Assembly (NCBI GenBank): GCA_031260975.1
Contig: JAISKJ010000003.1
Span: 229,758-293,757, forward strand
Direction of reading: 5' to 3'
Length of the DNA stretch: 64,000 nucleotides
DNA from: Christensenellaceae bacterium
Lineage (GTDB): Bacteria; Bacillota; Clostridia; Christensenellales; UBA1242
In this document: positions 18,543 to 30,674 of the stretch, in pieces
Position numbering within the stretch: the stretch's first letter is position 1
Layout: every line of letters begins with the position of its first letter
Notes under the pieces: model-generated
Seen by the model: the letters and a program-made list of their open reading frames with translations, nothing else
Database searches by the model: none
What the model was told of the DNA's origin: nothing
Translations under genes and position numbers: made by a program

Positions 18543-18571
18543 AAAAAAACAGTGTTTGGCACTGTTTTTTT
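18543..18571. terminator. Bidirectional intrinsic terminator between convergent genes
   Basis: AAAAAAACAGTG-tttgg-CACTGTTTTTTT. Confidence 0.75.
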
Positions 18572-18573
18572 GT

Positions 18574-19263
18574 TTAGCTGTCTATATTAAGCGTTGTGTT
18601 AATATTAAAGCTGTTCCATGGAGCATCCTGCGGAGGAAAAACGCAAAAGCTCATACGCTTGCCCGTTGTTGGATGATTGAATTTGAGTATGGCTGCCCAG
18701 AGCGCAAGAGGGGTGGAAGCTTTAACTTCTCCATATTTTGTGTCGCCCACAACAGGGCATTTTATTGCACTCATCTGCACCCGTATTTGATGGCTTCTGC
18801 CGGTAAGCAGGTTTATTTTGATCAAGCTCATTTTGTTTTTTGTGTCAATCGTGCGATAATCAAGCTCGGCAAGCTTACTGCCAGTTTCCAGCTGCGTGGC
18901 TATACGCACCATGTTTTCTTTTTCGTCTTTTTTAAGATAGTGGGTAAGTCTGCCGTAACCAAGTCTGGGTTTTCCGGTGACTACCGCAAGATAAGTCTTT
19001 TCAAAGCTACCGTCTTTAATTCCTGTACTAAGCCTAGAAGCCGCTTTGCTGGTTTTGGCAAAAACCATAACCCCGCCCGTGGGGCGGTCAAGTCTGTGCA
19101 CAAGTCCCACAAAAACATTGCCGGGTTTTTGATAGGTTTGTTTGATATAATCCTTAATTTCGCTAAGAAGGTCCAAATCTTTGCTGTTATCTTCTTGCGT
19201 AGGCATATTCTGGGGCTTAATCACCACAATTATATGGTTGTCCTCATATATAATATTTGGCAT
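18574..19263 (-). CDS. RluA-family pseudouridine synthase
   Basis: HRLDRPTGGVMVFAKT catalytic-Asp motif and GRSHQIRVQM. 229 aa. The overlapping 247-aa plus-strand ORF is antisense noise. Confidence 0.85.
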   Translation of the reverse strand: MPNIIYEDNHIIVVIKPQNMPTQEDNSKDLDLLSEIKDYIKQTYQKPGNVFVGLVHRLDRPTGGVMVFAKTSKAASRLSTGIKDGSFEKTYLAVVTGKPRLGYGRLTHYLKKDEKENMVRIATQLETGSKLAELDYRTIDTKNKMSLIKINLLTGRSHQIRVQMSAIKCPVVGDTKYGEVKASTPLALWAAILKFNHPTTGKRMSFCVFPPQDAPWNSFNINTTLNIDS

Positions 19264-19311
19264 AAAATACCTCTGAAAACAGTATATCGCAAACTTTAGA
19301 TTATTGCAAGT

Positions 19312-19342
19312 AAAAACTCCCCGCGCTTTTTGCGTGGGGAGG
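19312..19342 (-). terminator. Intrinsic terminator of the epimerase gene (minus strand)
   Basis: On the minus strand: CTCCCCACGC-aaaaa-GCGCGGGGAG followed by TTTTT. Confidence 0.7.
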
Positions 19343-19363
19343 GTAATTTGCTGCTGTCGGGTT

Positions 19364-20431
19364 TTATTTCAAAATATTTTGTGCCGGTGAGCTTTTTAGA
19401 AGAACAATAGACCCCTTACTTTTATTGTCTGTTATTTTGGCCTTTTGAGCCATATAAAATTTGGTATGGTCTTTGAGAGACTCTTCAACCGGTCGCGGAG
19501 TATATCCTGTGAGTTTGGTCAACCTAGCATGAGAAAAATTACAGTTATCTTGCAATACTTTCATTGAATAGGGTGTGAATGTGGGTTTGCGTTTTTTTCT
19601 TAAGGCATGTTTTTCGGCAATACCGGCAAACATTTTCACTAAGAAAAGAGGAACAAAATGCTTAATTCTTTTAATTCCGGCAGTTTCCGCTACGATGTTC
19701 ATCATTTCTTTTACTGTAATAACATTGCCGCTTACTATATAACTTTGGCCATTTTCACCTTTCTGTGCCAAATCGCAAAATGCGCAGGCCAAGTCACGTA
19801 CGTCTACAAAATCATATTTACCTTTGATAAAGATGCGCAAATTGCCGTCTGCTACCTGTGCTACCATTTCTCCGAAGTTGGAGTTTGTAAATTCATAAGG
19901 GCCTATAATTCCGGAAGGTAGAACTAGCACAACATCAAGTCCTTTTTCTTTGGCATCCAAAACCAAATTGGCGGCTATTGCCTTTGATTTTGCATAGCCT
20001 CCGTAAACTGTGTCGGGATTAAACCTGTTCGGCTCCATAATAATGCCGGTTTTGTTGTCTGTTTCGAGCATGTGCACCGAACCGGTGTGAATTAACCTTT
20101 TTATATTATGCCTCAGGCAGCCGTCAATTACGTTTTGTGTTCCTTTTATATTAACTTCCTCAAGCAGTTTGGTGGGCTTGCTTTCAATGGATACGATTCC
20201 CGCTAAGTGATATACAAATGTTCCGCCGCCAAAAGCTTGGTCTATATTATGCGGATTGGTTACGTCGCAATAAACAACCTCGCATCCCAAAGCTTTAAGC
20301 TGCTCGGTTGCTTCGTTTTCTACTATATCCAAGGCTCTGACTTTTGCCCCTCGTTTAATTAGTTCTAGGCACAAAGGAAATCCCGTTCTTCCCGCAGCAC
20401 CGGTCACTATATGAATATCATTATCTTTCAT
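19364..20431 (-). CDS. NAD-dependent epimerase/dehydratase (extended SDR) family protein
   Basis: N-terminal Rossmann VTGAAGRTG, a YxxxK context (YAKSKAIA), 355 aa. Confidence 0.8.
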   Translation of the reverse strand: MKDNDIHIVTGAAGRTGFPLCLELIKRGAKVRALDIVENEATEQLKALGCEVVYCDVTNPHNIDQAFGGGTFVYHLAGIVSIESKPTKLLEEVNIKGTQNVIDGCLRHNIKRLIHTGSVHMLETDNKTGIIMEPNRFNPDTVYGGYAKSKAIAANLVLDAKEKGLDVVLVLPSGIIGPYEFTNSNFGEMVAQVADGNLRIFIKGKYDFVDVRDLACAFCDLAQKGENGQSYIVSGNVITVKEMMNIVAETAGIKRIKHFVPLFLVKMFAGIAEKHALRKKRKPTFTPYSMKVLQDNCNFSHARLTKLTGYTPRPVEESLKDHTKFYMAQKAKITDNKSKGSIVLLKSSPAQNILK

Positions 20432-20495
20432 TTTCTCTCCGCAGATTATTTTTTTAACAAAATCTTTTAATTTATAAAAAACATGTATTTTGTAT

Positions 20496-20523
20496 TATAT
20501 AGGTAATTCTGTTGTATTGTCAA
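20496..20523 (-). promoter_or_regulatory. Putative promoter of the epimerase gene
   Basis: Minus strand TTGACA (plus 20518-20523), 16-nt spacer, TATATA (plus 20496-20501). Confidence 0.5.
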
Positions 20524-20565
20524 ACATTTTTCTTGTATGTCTTTTTATTTTTTAAAAGATAAAAT

Positions 20566-22382
<1,817 letters not shown>

Positions 22383-22510
22383 AATGTTTTCTCCTTTTGC
22401 GGCGGTTGAGTGTCACACTTGATACTGCCGCTGTTGACTTTTTTGATGTGATATTGATATTCGGTTTTTGTAATATATTCATAAAAGCCTAAAGAATTTC
22501 GTATTTTTAT

Positions 22511-22538
22511 ATTATAGAAGTAATTATATACTTGTCAC
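22511..22538 (-). promoter_or_regulatory. Putative groES promoter
   Basis: Minus strand GTGACA (plus 22533-22538), 16-nt spacer, TATAAT (plus 22511-22516). This leaves a ~120-nt leader. Confidence 0.45.
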
Positions 22539-22580
22539 ATCCAATATAATTATAAACGCAGGCCGGAGGATTTTCAAGAT

Positions 22581-23339
22581 TTGATGACACACAGGATTTG
22601 TTGTAAGAAAAATAAACCGCAAAAAACACGGGTGCTTGGCACGCTGTTTATTTTGGCGTTAGCCGGACTTTCGTTTTTTGTAATTTTGAACATAGCGGAT
22701 TTTATTTCAAGCACGCTTATGAGTAAATCCAGCATATTTTATGGCGGAAATGTAAGAACTAACGGATACGTAATGTATGGAATATGCTTCTATCAAGTCA
22801 GCGGAAAGCCGGAGGCAGAGGCGCTTTCAAAGAGCATACAAAATCAGGGTGGAGCTGGCTATGTAAATCAGCAGGGGGATTATTTTATATATGCGTCTAT
22901 GTATAGCAGTTTCTCTGACGCCACCAGCGTAAAAGAAAAGCTGGGGGGAAGTGCTGGTATCATAAATATAAGTGTTCCTGCCATCAGTTTTAAGTTTGGC
23001 GGAAACGCTGATGAGGTTGTGGCGGCTATAGGGGATTTAAAGAAAATTTATCAGTCGCTTTATCAAACATCAATAGATTATGATCAGGGGGTTATAGATA
23101 CAATCGGTGCAAAAGGTGCTATTGAAGACTGTATGGAGTTGGTGCAGCAAAACATTGAGAAGATATCAGATATAAAAGACAATAAGATAAAGCTTGTTGT
23201 TAGTTATTTAAACAAAACTTTGGAGCATCTTGAAGCTCTTGTTCAGCGGGGGTATTGGGGGCTGGAGTTTAATGCGGCAATAAAATATGCATATTTTGAA
23301 GCGATTTTTAATAATATCGCTCTTGCAAAGGCGCTTTAG
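22581..23339 (+). CDS. Membrane-anchored protein with possible SPOR-like domain
   Basis: N-terminal TM (LGTLFILALAGLSFFVILNI). The segment YVMYGICFYQVSGKPEAEALSKSIQNQGGAGYVNQQGDYFIYASMYSSFSDATSVKEKL resembles a SPOR repeat. The start may be ATG 22584. Confidence 0.4.
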   Translation: MMTHRICCKKNKPQKTRVLGTLFILALAGLSFFVILNIADFISSTLMSKSSIFYGGNVRTNGYVMYGICFYQVSGKPEAEALSKSIQNQGGAGYVNQQGDYFIYASMYSSFSDATSVKEKLGGSAGIINISVPAISFKFGGNADEVVAAIGDLKKIYQSLYQTSIDYDQGVIDTIGAKGAIEDCMELVQQNIEKISDIKDNKIKLVVSYLNKTLEHLEALVQRGYWGLEFNAAIKYAYFEAIFNNIALAKAL

Positions 23340-23402
23340 CGGGCTTTTTGATGTCCGTTTAAAATTTGATTTTTTGCATAAACTACTCCTAAGGAGGAGA
23401 TT

Positions 23403-23543
23403 ATGGAAAAGATAGTTACCGGAACGTCCCCCGGAGGCGGAGTATATAACTGCCGCAACTGCGGGCAGAGAATAGACCTTGGGGCAAACGACACCATGCC
23501 GCCATGCCCCCGGTGCGGAAACACCACTTTCAACAAGCATTAA
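23403..23543 (+). CDS. Small zinc-ribbon protein (46 aa), absent from the ORF track
   Basis: MEKIVTGTSPGGGVYNCRNCGQRIDLGANDTMPPCPRCGNTTFNKH has CxxC...CxxC. Strong SD AAGGAGGAG lies 5 nt upstream and a terminator follows. The two minus-strand track ORFs here lack such signals. Confidence 0.6.
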   Translation: MEKIVTGTSPGGGVYNCRNCGQRIDLGANDTMPPCPRCGNTTFNKH

Positions 23544-23552
23544 TGGTGTGTG

Positions 23553-23586
23553 AAAAAAATATTGCCGATGGTAGGCAATATTTTTT
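23553..23586. terminator. Bidirectional intrinsic terminator
   Basis: AAAAATATTGCC-gatggta-GGCAATATTTTT. Confidence 0.75.
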
Positions 23587-23590
23587 ATGT

Positions 23591-24427
23591 TTAAAATTTT
23601 ATGTCAGCTAAAAGATCGGCAAAGTAAGGCTTTATTTCAAAGGTTTTTTCATTTAGGTATTTTAGTGTTCCGTTAAAGTTAAACTCAAGCTTATATGCGC
23701 ACAGACATTGTTTGTGCACATGATATTTTTGGTTGATTATGCGATCTCCATATTTGTTGTCACCCAAAACCGGGTAACCCGCGAAAGCCAGATGTGCCCT
23801 GATTTGATGTGTGCGTCCTGTTATAATCTGAATTTTAAGCGCTGAAATATCACCGAAACTGCTGAGTAGTTCATAATTTGTTTTGACGGATTTGCTGTCA
23901 GGCGTCTTTGTTTGAGATATTGTCACAACCGAGTTTTCGGCGTCTTTTGTGAGATACGCACTAAGCGTTGCTGCCTTTTCTTTTGGAGTGCCGGACACCA
24001 ACCCCAGATAATATTTGTTTATAAGTCCTTTTTTGAAAGCGTCCAGAATTTCTTTATGAGCCTCAGTGGTTTTGCTGAAAATCACAAGTCCTGCTGTATT
24101 GGTGTCAATGCGGTGACAAGCTGTGATATTAGGTTCATTTTGTTTGAGAAGGGTTTCAAGGCTGTTTTCGCCTACCGTAGCTATGCCCATAGACTTGTTC
24201 ACAATTATTATATTTTGGTCCTCAAACACAACCTCATAGCGTTTTGGCGGCTCGGCGTAGGCTATAATTTCGTCGCCTTGGTTTACTTTTATGTTTTTAT
24301 TGATACGCTTGTCGTTTATTTTAATATCTTTTTTCCGAAGCAGTTTGCTTACAGCCGAAAAAGGAAGACCTTCATGCACAAGAAGTTTGGCTATGTATTC
24401 GTTTTTTGAGGCTATAAGTTTTATCAT
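23591..24427 (-). CDS. RluA/RluD-type pseudouridine synthase with N-terminal S4-like domain
   Basis: HRIDTNTAGLVIFSKT and GRTHQIRAHLAFAGYPVLGDNKYG. The start is taken at the internal ATG (MIKLIASKNE...) because a promoter sits just upstream. The track start at 24526 is a GTG with no SD. Confidence 0.8.
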   Translation of the reverse strand: MIKLIASKNEYIAKLLVHEGLPFSAVSKLLRKKDIKINDKRINKNIKVNQGDEIIAYAEPPKRYEVVFEDQNIIIVNKSMGIATVGENSLETLLKQNEPNITACHRIDTNTAGLVIFSKTTEAHKEILDAFKKGLINKYYLGLVSGTPKEKAATLSAYLTKDAENSVVTISQTKTPDSKSVKTNYELLSSFGDISALKIQIITGRTHQIRAHLAFAGYPVLGDNKYGDRIINQKYHVHKQCLCAYKLEFNFNGTLKYLNEKTFEIKPYFADLLADIKF

Positions 24428-24674
24428 AGGTATAATATAACACAACCACTTAATAACTGCAATCAAATCAACCCATAATAGGTTGTCTTGAAATTCATCT
24501 TCGCTCGCATATATCTGTGCAAGCACGATATTTTATTCGCTTCAGTTGAATTACAACGTAAAACGACGATTTAATAAAGAAGAAAAGAGTGTGTTTTGTT
24601 AAATCTCACCAATTTGGTTGCAAAAAAAAGGTTAATATTATAAAATAAAGAAAGAAGAAAGAGGCGGGAATATT

Positions 24675-25511
24675 ATGAAAACGGGAGAAGATATGAGAGT
24701 AGTTGTAATTACCGGCGGAACAAGCGGAATAGGCAAGGAATGTGCCGAATATTTTGTTGCGCACGGTGACACCGTTGTGGTGCTGGCCAGAAAGCCTGTG
24801 GGTGGAGTAAAAAACTTTTATATGTGCGACGTATCAATCAATCAGATGGTGCACGATGTCTTTGCGCAGATAAATCAGAAGTTTGGAAAAATTGATATTT
24901 TGATTAACAACGCAGGTTACGGCGTGAGCGGAGCTACCGAAATCATCAAAGATGAGGTGGCAAGAGAAATATTTGACGTAAACTATTTTGGTGCGTTAAA
25001 CTGCATACGTAATGTTCTTACGTATATGCCCAAAACAGGCAAAATAATTAATGTAAGCAGCATCGTGGGATTTTTCCCCATGCCATACAGGGCCTTTTAT
25101 GCGGCAAGCAAGGCGGCCCTCAATTCGCTGTCAGCATCAGTTGATGCTGAGCTTAAGCCTTATGGCATAAGGTCGGTTGCGGTTTGTCCGGGGGATGTTG
25201 CCACAAACTTTGGCACAAACCGAGTTAAGAGCTTTGAAACCAACGAGCGGTATGGAGAACGGGTTAAAAATGCAACCATGTGCATAAACGAGGATGCTTC
25301 AACGCGTATGCCTCCTATCAAGATTGCAAAAATTGTTTATAAAATAAGCCTTAAAAAAGACCCCAAACCTTATACTTTAATTGGCGGGGGATATAAAACG
25401 CTTTATGCGGCCAGCCGTATATTCAGACTAAAAACGGTATATAAAATCTTGGGCAAAATTTTTGACGGCAGAAAGCCGAAAAAACAAAAAGACCCCAAAG
25501 ATGAAAAATAA
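24675..25511 (+). CDS. Short-chain dehydrogenase/reductase (classical SDR)
   Basis: VVITGGTSGIGKE, NNAG and YAASKAAL motifs. Confidence 0.85.
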   Translation: MKTGEDMRVVVITGGTSGIGKECAEYFVAHGDTVVVLARKPVGGVKNFYMCDVSINQMVHDVFAQINQKFGKIDILINNAGYGVSGATEIIKDEVAREIFDVNYFGALNCIRNVLTYMPKTGKIINVSSIVGFFPMPYRAFYAASKAALNSLSASVDAELKPYGIRSVAVCPGDVATNFGTNRVKSFETNERYGERVKNATMCINEDASTRMPPIKIAKIVYKISLKKDPKPYTLIGGGYKTLYAASRIFRLKTVYKILGKIFDGRKPKKQKDPKDEK

Positions 25512-25520
25512 GGAAAGGTT

Positions 25521-26441
25521 ATGGAATCTGAAAAGTATCAGGCACGAATAGAGCAAGTGAACGATTTGGCCATGAAGGATATAGGACACCTTATCAGGCA
25601 GTCTGAAAACAACTATGCCAATCAAATCACAAGGCTTGTAGATAGTATAATAGGTGGGGGCAAAAAGATTGTGCTTGTGGCCGGTCCGTCGTCTGCCGGA
25701 AAGACTACTTCGGCATATAAAATTAAGCAGGGGCTTATTGGCAGAGGCATAAATGCTTTTGTAATATCCCTTGATGATTTTTTATTTTCGGTGGATGAGT
25801 TGCCGCTGAAACCCAACGGTAAGCCCGACTTTGAAACGGTTTATTCGCTTGATATTCACTGTGTGCAGCAGTGCCTCAATGAAATTTTATTTAAGAACCG
25901 AACTGCGTTGCCTATCTTTGACTTCAGGCTTGGAAGGCGCTCTGACAAGTGGATAATTTGTTCGCTTAAGCCCAACGATGTTGTAATAATAGAGGGGCTA
26001 CACGCACTTAACCCTTTGATTATAGGTTCCCTTGACAGTGACAAGTTTTTTAGAGTGTATGTTCAGACGAATACTGTGTTCAGTTATAATGATAAGCCGC
26101 TTATAAGCGGAAGAGAATTAAGACTGTTCAGGCGTATAATAAGGGATAGCCGCGAGCGGAATACCAATCCTCTCAGGACTGTTACCATGTGGGCGGATGT
26201 GTGTCATGGTGAGGATATATATATACGGCCACATATGCATCTGGTTGAATATTTTCTTGACACAACACATTTGTTTGAGCCGCTTATGTATAAAAATATA
26301 GCAATAAAACAACTGTCTCCTCTTGACAATTCACTTGCCAAAACCATGCTCAGCAAGCTTAATTTTGTGGGCACGATAGATGGAACTCTGGTGCCTTCAG
26401 ACAGCTTGGTCAGAGAGTTTTATAAAAATGACGACCTATAG
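25521..26441 (+). CDS. P-loop nucleoside/uridine kinase family protein
   Basis: Walker A in VAGPSSAGKTTSA. ISLDDF...DFE...PIFDFRLGRR is typical of the uridine kinase / PRK family. Confidence 0.6.
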   Translation: MESEKYQARIEQVNDLAMKDIGHLIRQSENNYANQITRLVDSIIGGGKKIVLVAGPSSAGKTTSAYKIKQGLIGRGINAFVISLDDFLFSVDELPLKPNGKPDFETVYSLDIHCVQQCLNEILFKNRTALPIFDFRLGRRSDKWIICSLKPNDVVIIEGLHALNPLIIGSLDSDKFFRVYVQTNTVFSYNDKPLISGRELRLFRRIIRDSRERNTNPLRTVTMWADVCHGEDIYIRPHMHLVEYFLDTTHLFEPLMYKNIAIKQLSPLDNSLAKTMLSKLNFVGTIDGTLVPSDSLVREFYKNDDL

Positions 26442-26482
26442 TTTATAGGCGTTTTTTGTTTAAGTGCGGCATAGAGTATGAT

Positions 26483-27007
26483 ATGAGTTTAATTTTTGGT
26501 GTTCTGGCGCTGGTGTTTTCCGCTTTCAGTTTGTTTTGCAAAAACAAAGTAAAGATGCTACTTTGTCAAATTCCGGCAAATATTTTTTATTGCTTAAGTT
26601 TTGTTTTTGCCGGAGCTTTTGCTCCCTTTGTGGGGGTGGCTGTTGCAACTGTCAGAACGACGGTGTTTTTTGTGTTTGACCTAAGGCGCTTTCGTCCCAA
26701 TATTTGGTTTTTGATTTTATTTGAGGTTTTGACCATAGCCGCCGTTATAATAGTTTTTAAGTCTACACTTGACTTGCTTCCGCTTTTGGGGCTACTTATG
26801 TTCACCTACGGAATGTGGCAGAATAGTGAAGATGTGCTGCGGGTCTGTGCTATAGTATCCTCAGTTTTATTTGTGATATTTAATTTAATATTTGGGCTGT
26901 ATGTGGGTGTTTTGCAAGAGGGTATTATGATTGCGGCGGGTATTGTTTCTGTCATAAAATACGGAAAAAATTCACAATACACCACAATAGGTTTGGATAA
27001 ATTATGA
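26483..27007 (+). CDS. Small polytopic membrane protein, YgjV-like
   Basis: ~174 aa with 5-6 TM segments, and size and topology like YgjV. The start is set at ATG 26483 rather than TTG 26456. The family call is tentative. Confidence 0.4.
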   Translation: MSLIFGVLALVFSAFSLFCKNKVKMLLCQIPANIFYCLSFVFAGAFAPFVGVAVATVRTTVFFVFDLRRFRPNIWFLILFEVLTIAAVIIVFKSTLDLLPLLGLLMFTYGMWQNSEDVLRVCAIVSSVLFVIFNLIFGLYVGVLQEGIMIAAGIVSVIKYGKNSQYTTIGLDKL

Positions 27008-27067
27008 TAGTTTGATATACTTAAACAGTAGTTTCTTTTATGTCCGATATCCGTTTAAGGAGGGGTT

Positions 27068-29992
27068 ATGCTTACGCTTAAAAACATAAAAAAGACCTAT
27101 AAAAGTAAGAAGGGGACAGCGTCTGCTGCCCTTAAAGGGATCAACATACAATTCCCTGATAACGGTCTGGTTTTTATACTTGGCAAGTCAGGAAGCGGAA
27201 AAAGTACGCTTCTTAATATTGTGGGCGGACTTGATTCACCTGACAGCGGACAGATTATTATAAAGGGCAAAAGCAATAAAGATTTCAGCGGACAGGATTA
27301 TGATTCATACCGAAACACTTATCTGGGGTTTATCTTTCAAGAGTATAACGTTTTGGATGAGTTCAGCGTTTATGATAATGTGGCACTGTCACTCAGGCTT
27401 CAGGGCAAAAAAGCTGAAAAAGAAGCCGTCGGAAAAATATTGCATCAGGTGGGGCTTAATGGGTTTGAAAAACGAAAGCCCAATGAACTGAGCGGAGGGC
27501 AGAAGCAGAGGGTGGCTATTGCCCGGGCACTTGTTAAGGAGCCTGAAATAATCTTTGCCGATGAGCCTACCGGGAACCTTGACAGCGCAACTAGTGCTCA
27601 GATTTTTAATTTGCTTGGGAAGCTTTCAAAAGAAAAGCTGGTAGTGATAGTAAGTCACGACCGCGATTCGGCCGAACGTTATGCTGACCGCATAATTGAG
27701 CTTGCTGACGGGATTGTTATAAGTGATATAACAAAACATAATGCATCTGAAAATGAATTTGAGATAAATAGCGGCGTAATTTCAATTCCTAAATCCAGAG
27801 TTCTTAATGGCACTGAAATTGAACAACTTAATCAGACTATACAAAAAAGTAAGGGCAAGGTTACAATACAACATTCGACAGCCAACTCGTTCAGCAATAC
27901 CGGCGAAGTCAAAACAGAAAAGACCGACGGGTTTAAGCTGATAAAATCACGTCTTCCCAATAGGTTTGCTGCGTCAATCGGTGCGTCAAATTTTAAGACC
28001 AAAAAGTTCAGATTGATTGTTACAATTTTTTTGACGGTGGTGGCTCTGGCGCTTTTTGGCCTAAGTCAGATTTTTTCGGGCTATAACATAGCATATGCTT
28101 CTGCTCAGAGCTTTGAAAAGAACGGTATAACGAATATAATTTTGAAACAGGGTCAGCATATAGAACAATATAATACCTTTAATAGAAACACTGTTGAAGT
28201 GTTTAATGTGCAGTCATATAACAAAATTAGGGAATATTTGGATGACGAAGATGTTATAAATTTTTATGGCAACGGCATCAGTTTTGGGCCCTATTCTATC
28301 ACCAATGTGAGAGATATGCTAAAAAGGCTTATTGGAAAGACGCTTTCAAGCCCTATTACCAGTGAAAGCGAAGGTTTGGTTGTGATGAGTGAAGAGCAGC
28401 TCAAAAAATATTATTTGAAACCCGGTAAGACAGAGATAGAATATCTTACAATTCCGGCGTTTCCGCCGCTGTTTAGCGTGCCTTTTACTTTTGGAGGATA
28501 TCCGACTGAGCAGGATAGCATAGACGGCAAAGTGCTTATTACTGACTATCTGGCTTGGTGCCTGCTTGTTTATCAGATGGATGAGCGTCCTGATATGTTA
28601 TATCCTCTTAATGATGATTACAACTATGTTCACAATTTGATTATGCTTTATCAAAATGGATTTACCGACCCAAATGGGTTTCATATAAACATAAGCGGAA
28701 TTATAGACACAGGATTTATTGACCAGACAGGATTTTATAAAAAGTGGGAAAATATTTTTAAAAATTCAGAAGATTTTTCAGAGAACCCTGATTATTATGA
28801 TTATGTAGATGCCGCAGTTAACTATTATTCACTTATGATAGCGGGAGACACGGAGTATATAAATCAATATGTTGTGCAAAACAAAGCAACCTCAAGCATT
28901 AAGAACGTAAAAATTCAGGCATACAGCATGTCTGGCAGTGAGCCAAAGTATTCGCAGAGTACGCCTGGAAATCTTGGAATTATTAAAATCGGAGAGTTGC
29001 TCAAATATTATAGTGAAACTGATTTATATGACAACGACTATTTGACTGAGGACAGTTTGCTGAGACTTAGTGACACAAGTATTGAAAATCCTATTATTCT
29101 AACGGCTCAAAGATATGACAGTATTTTTGCAACCGACATATCAAAACTACTCAAAAACGGTATCTATGATATACATAACGATTTTACTCCCAGACAGTTT
29201 ACTGTAGGTAATTTTAAACCTTTCAGTGAAAAAGACCCGCCGCTGAGTGAAACTGTTTATACTGTGGTTGGAATACTTAACGATGAGCAAATAATTGAAG
29301 ATATGCCAACAACACCCGCGACATTAGCTTACGCGTTGCAAGGTATTAGGCGTCTTGTGTCGAGTGGTGCTTTGGGATGGGTTCCCGATGAAGTCGTAGA
29401 GCCTTTGATTGCCGAGGATTATCAGATTAAGGGTATGTATATAACACTGCCTTCGTCAGTGCATACCAGCGAAGCTATGCTTAAGTTTGCCAATGACCAC
29501 TATATATATCATGAAAGCGGAATATCCAACACTGTTTATATGATAGCTCAGGTATTTGATATTTTTGCAATAATTTTTAGATATTTAGCACTTATTCTTG
29601 GGATATTCTCAACAATATTGCTGTTTAACTTTGTATCACTGAGTGTAATTAATAAACAAAAGGAAATAGGAATTTTGCGGGCAATCGGGGCACGCGGCAT
29701 AGATGTGAGCAAGATATTTTTGATAGAGGCATTTATTATCGCAGCAATCACTGTGGCTTTTGCGTGGCTACTAATGTTTGTTGGAGTGTGGGCCGTGAAT
29801 GCTTTGCTTATAGACAACCTTCAAACCTTTTTACAGTCAAATGTTATTACAAAAATTTCGCTGCTTGCAGTCAGTGTTTCTCCGCTGGTGTTTGTATTGG
29901 TGGCTTGCGGGATAATTACGCTTATTGCAACGCTTATTCCGGTGATAAAAATAAGCCGCATGCGGCCGGTTGATGCCATAAAGAAGATTTAA
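27068..29992 (+). CDS. Fused ABC transporter: MacB/LolD-type ATPase plus FtsX-family permease with large extracytoplasmic domain
   Basis: [12 protein letters not shown] (Walker A), [15 protein letters not shown] (signature) and IIFADEPTG (Walker B). The C-terminal FtsX block is [20 protein letters not shown]. 974 aa. Confidence 0.85.
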   Translation: MLTLKNIKKTYKSKKGTASAALKGINIQFPDNGLVFILGKSGSGKSTLLNIVGGLDSPDSGQIIIKGKSNKDFSGQDYDSYRNTYLGFIFQEYNVLDEFSVYDNVALSLRLQGKKAEKEAVGKILHQVGLNGFEKRKPNELSGGQKQRVAIARALVKEPEIIFADEPTGNLDSATSAQIFNLLGKLSKEKLVVIVSHDRDSAERYADRIIELADGIVISDITKHNASENEFEINSGVISIPKSRVLNGTEIEQLNQTIQKSKGKVTIQHSTANSFSNTGEVKTEKTDGFKLIKSRLPNRFAASIGASNFKTKKFRLIVTIFLTVVALALFGLSQIFSGYNIAYASAQSFEKNGITNIILKQGQHIEQYNTFNRNTVEVFNVQSYNKIREYLDDEDVINFYGNGISFGPYSITNVRDMLKRLIGKTLSSPITSESEGLVVMSEEQLKKYYLKPGKTEIEYLTIPAFPPLFSVPFTFGGYPTEQDSIDGKVLITDYLAWCLLVYQMDERPDMLYPLNDDYNYVHNLIMLYQNGFTDPNGFHINISGIIDTGFIDQTGFYKKWENIFKNSEDFSENPDYYDYVDAAVNYYSLMIAGDTEYINQYVVQNKATSSIKNVKIQAYSMSGSEPKYSQSTPGNLGIIKIGELLKYYSETDLYDNDYLTEDSLLRLSDTSIENPIILTAQRYDSIFATDISKLLKNGIYDIHNDFTPRQFTVGNFKPFSEKDPPLSETVYTVVGILNDEQIIEDMPTTPATLAYALQGIRRLVSSGALGWVPDEVVEPLIAEDYQIKGMYITLPSSVHTSEAMLKFANDHYIYHESGISNTVYMIAQVFDIFAIIFRYLALILGIFSTILLFNFVSLSVINKQKEIGILRAIGARGIDVSKIFLIEAFIIAAITVAFAWLLMFVGVWAVNALLIDNLQTFLQSNVITKISLLAVSVSPLVFVLVACGIITLIATLIPVIKISRMRPVDAIKKI

Positions 29993-30026
29993 AAACTTTT
30001 ATAATAATACGTTTAGGTGAATAAAT

Positions 30027-30602
30027 ATGCAAATTCAAATAAATCTTGTTAAAGGCTTGTGTAATGTATACGTTATAAAATATAATGATAAAGCCGTAGT
30101 AGTTGATGCTGCGGCTGATATAAAAGCGCTCTGCGAGGTCATAGGGGACTTAGAAGTTGTCGGTGTAATTCTTACGCACGGGCATTATGACCATATGAGA
30201 GGCTTATCTGAAATACTTAAACATTTTAATACTAAATGCTATTTGCATAAAAATGCAATTGATAAGCTGCATAAACCTGACACAAACTGCAGCGTTTTTT
30301 TCGGACTTAGGTTTATAAGTGATGCGGACAAAAAAGATCTGAGGATTTTGAGTGAGGGCAAGCTTGATTTGTTGGATTTGCCGATTAACATAGTTTTTAC
30401 ACCGGGGCACACCGATTGCAGTGTGAGTTTCGAAATTGACGGCGTTGTGTTTACGGGGGATACATTGTTTAAGGGTGGTGTAGGAAGATTTGATTTGCCC
30501 ACTTCAAACGAAGATGATTTGATTAGGTCTTTAGATAAACTGAAAAAGCTATATAGCGGGCATCAGTTTTTGCCGGGGCATGGCTCGGGAGGCAGTATTT
30601 AA
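30027..30602 (+). CDS. MBL-fold metallo-hydrolase
   Basis: THGHYDHMRG (HxHxDH motif), 191 aa. Confidence 0.8.
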   Translation: MQIQINLVKGLCNVYVIKYNDKAVVVDAAADIKALCEVIGDLEVVGVILTHGHYDHMRGLSEILKHFNTKCYLHKNAIDKLHKPDTNCSVFFGLRFISDADKKDLRILSEGKLDLLDLPINIVFTPGHTDCSVSFEIDGVVFTGDTLFKGGVGRFDLPTSNEDDLIRSLDKLKKLYSGHQFLPGHGSGGSI

Positions 30603-30628
30603 AATTCAATCCGTAACAAAATTCAATC

Positions 30629-30656
30629 TTGACAAACAGCACTTATAAAGTATAAT
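30629..30656 (+). promoter_or_regulatory. Sigma-A type promoter of the 414-aa orphan
   Basis: TTGACA (30629-30634), 16-nt spacer, TATAAT (30651-30656). Confidence 0.55.
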
Positions 30657-30674
30657 ATAATAGGGGGGTGCAAT

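Noticed and set aside
18556-19299. A 247-aa plus-strand ORF.
   Set aside because: It is antisense to the well-supported RluA-family gene and begins inside the bidirectional terminator.
22383-22510. CIRCE (HrcA operator) was expected upstream of groES.
   Set aside because: No TTAGCACTC-N9-GAGTGCTAA is present. Only a short AGTGT-n-ACACT palindrome occurs, and it is reported as a finding rather than called CIRCE.
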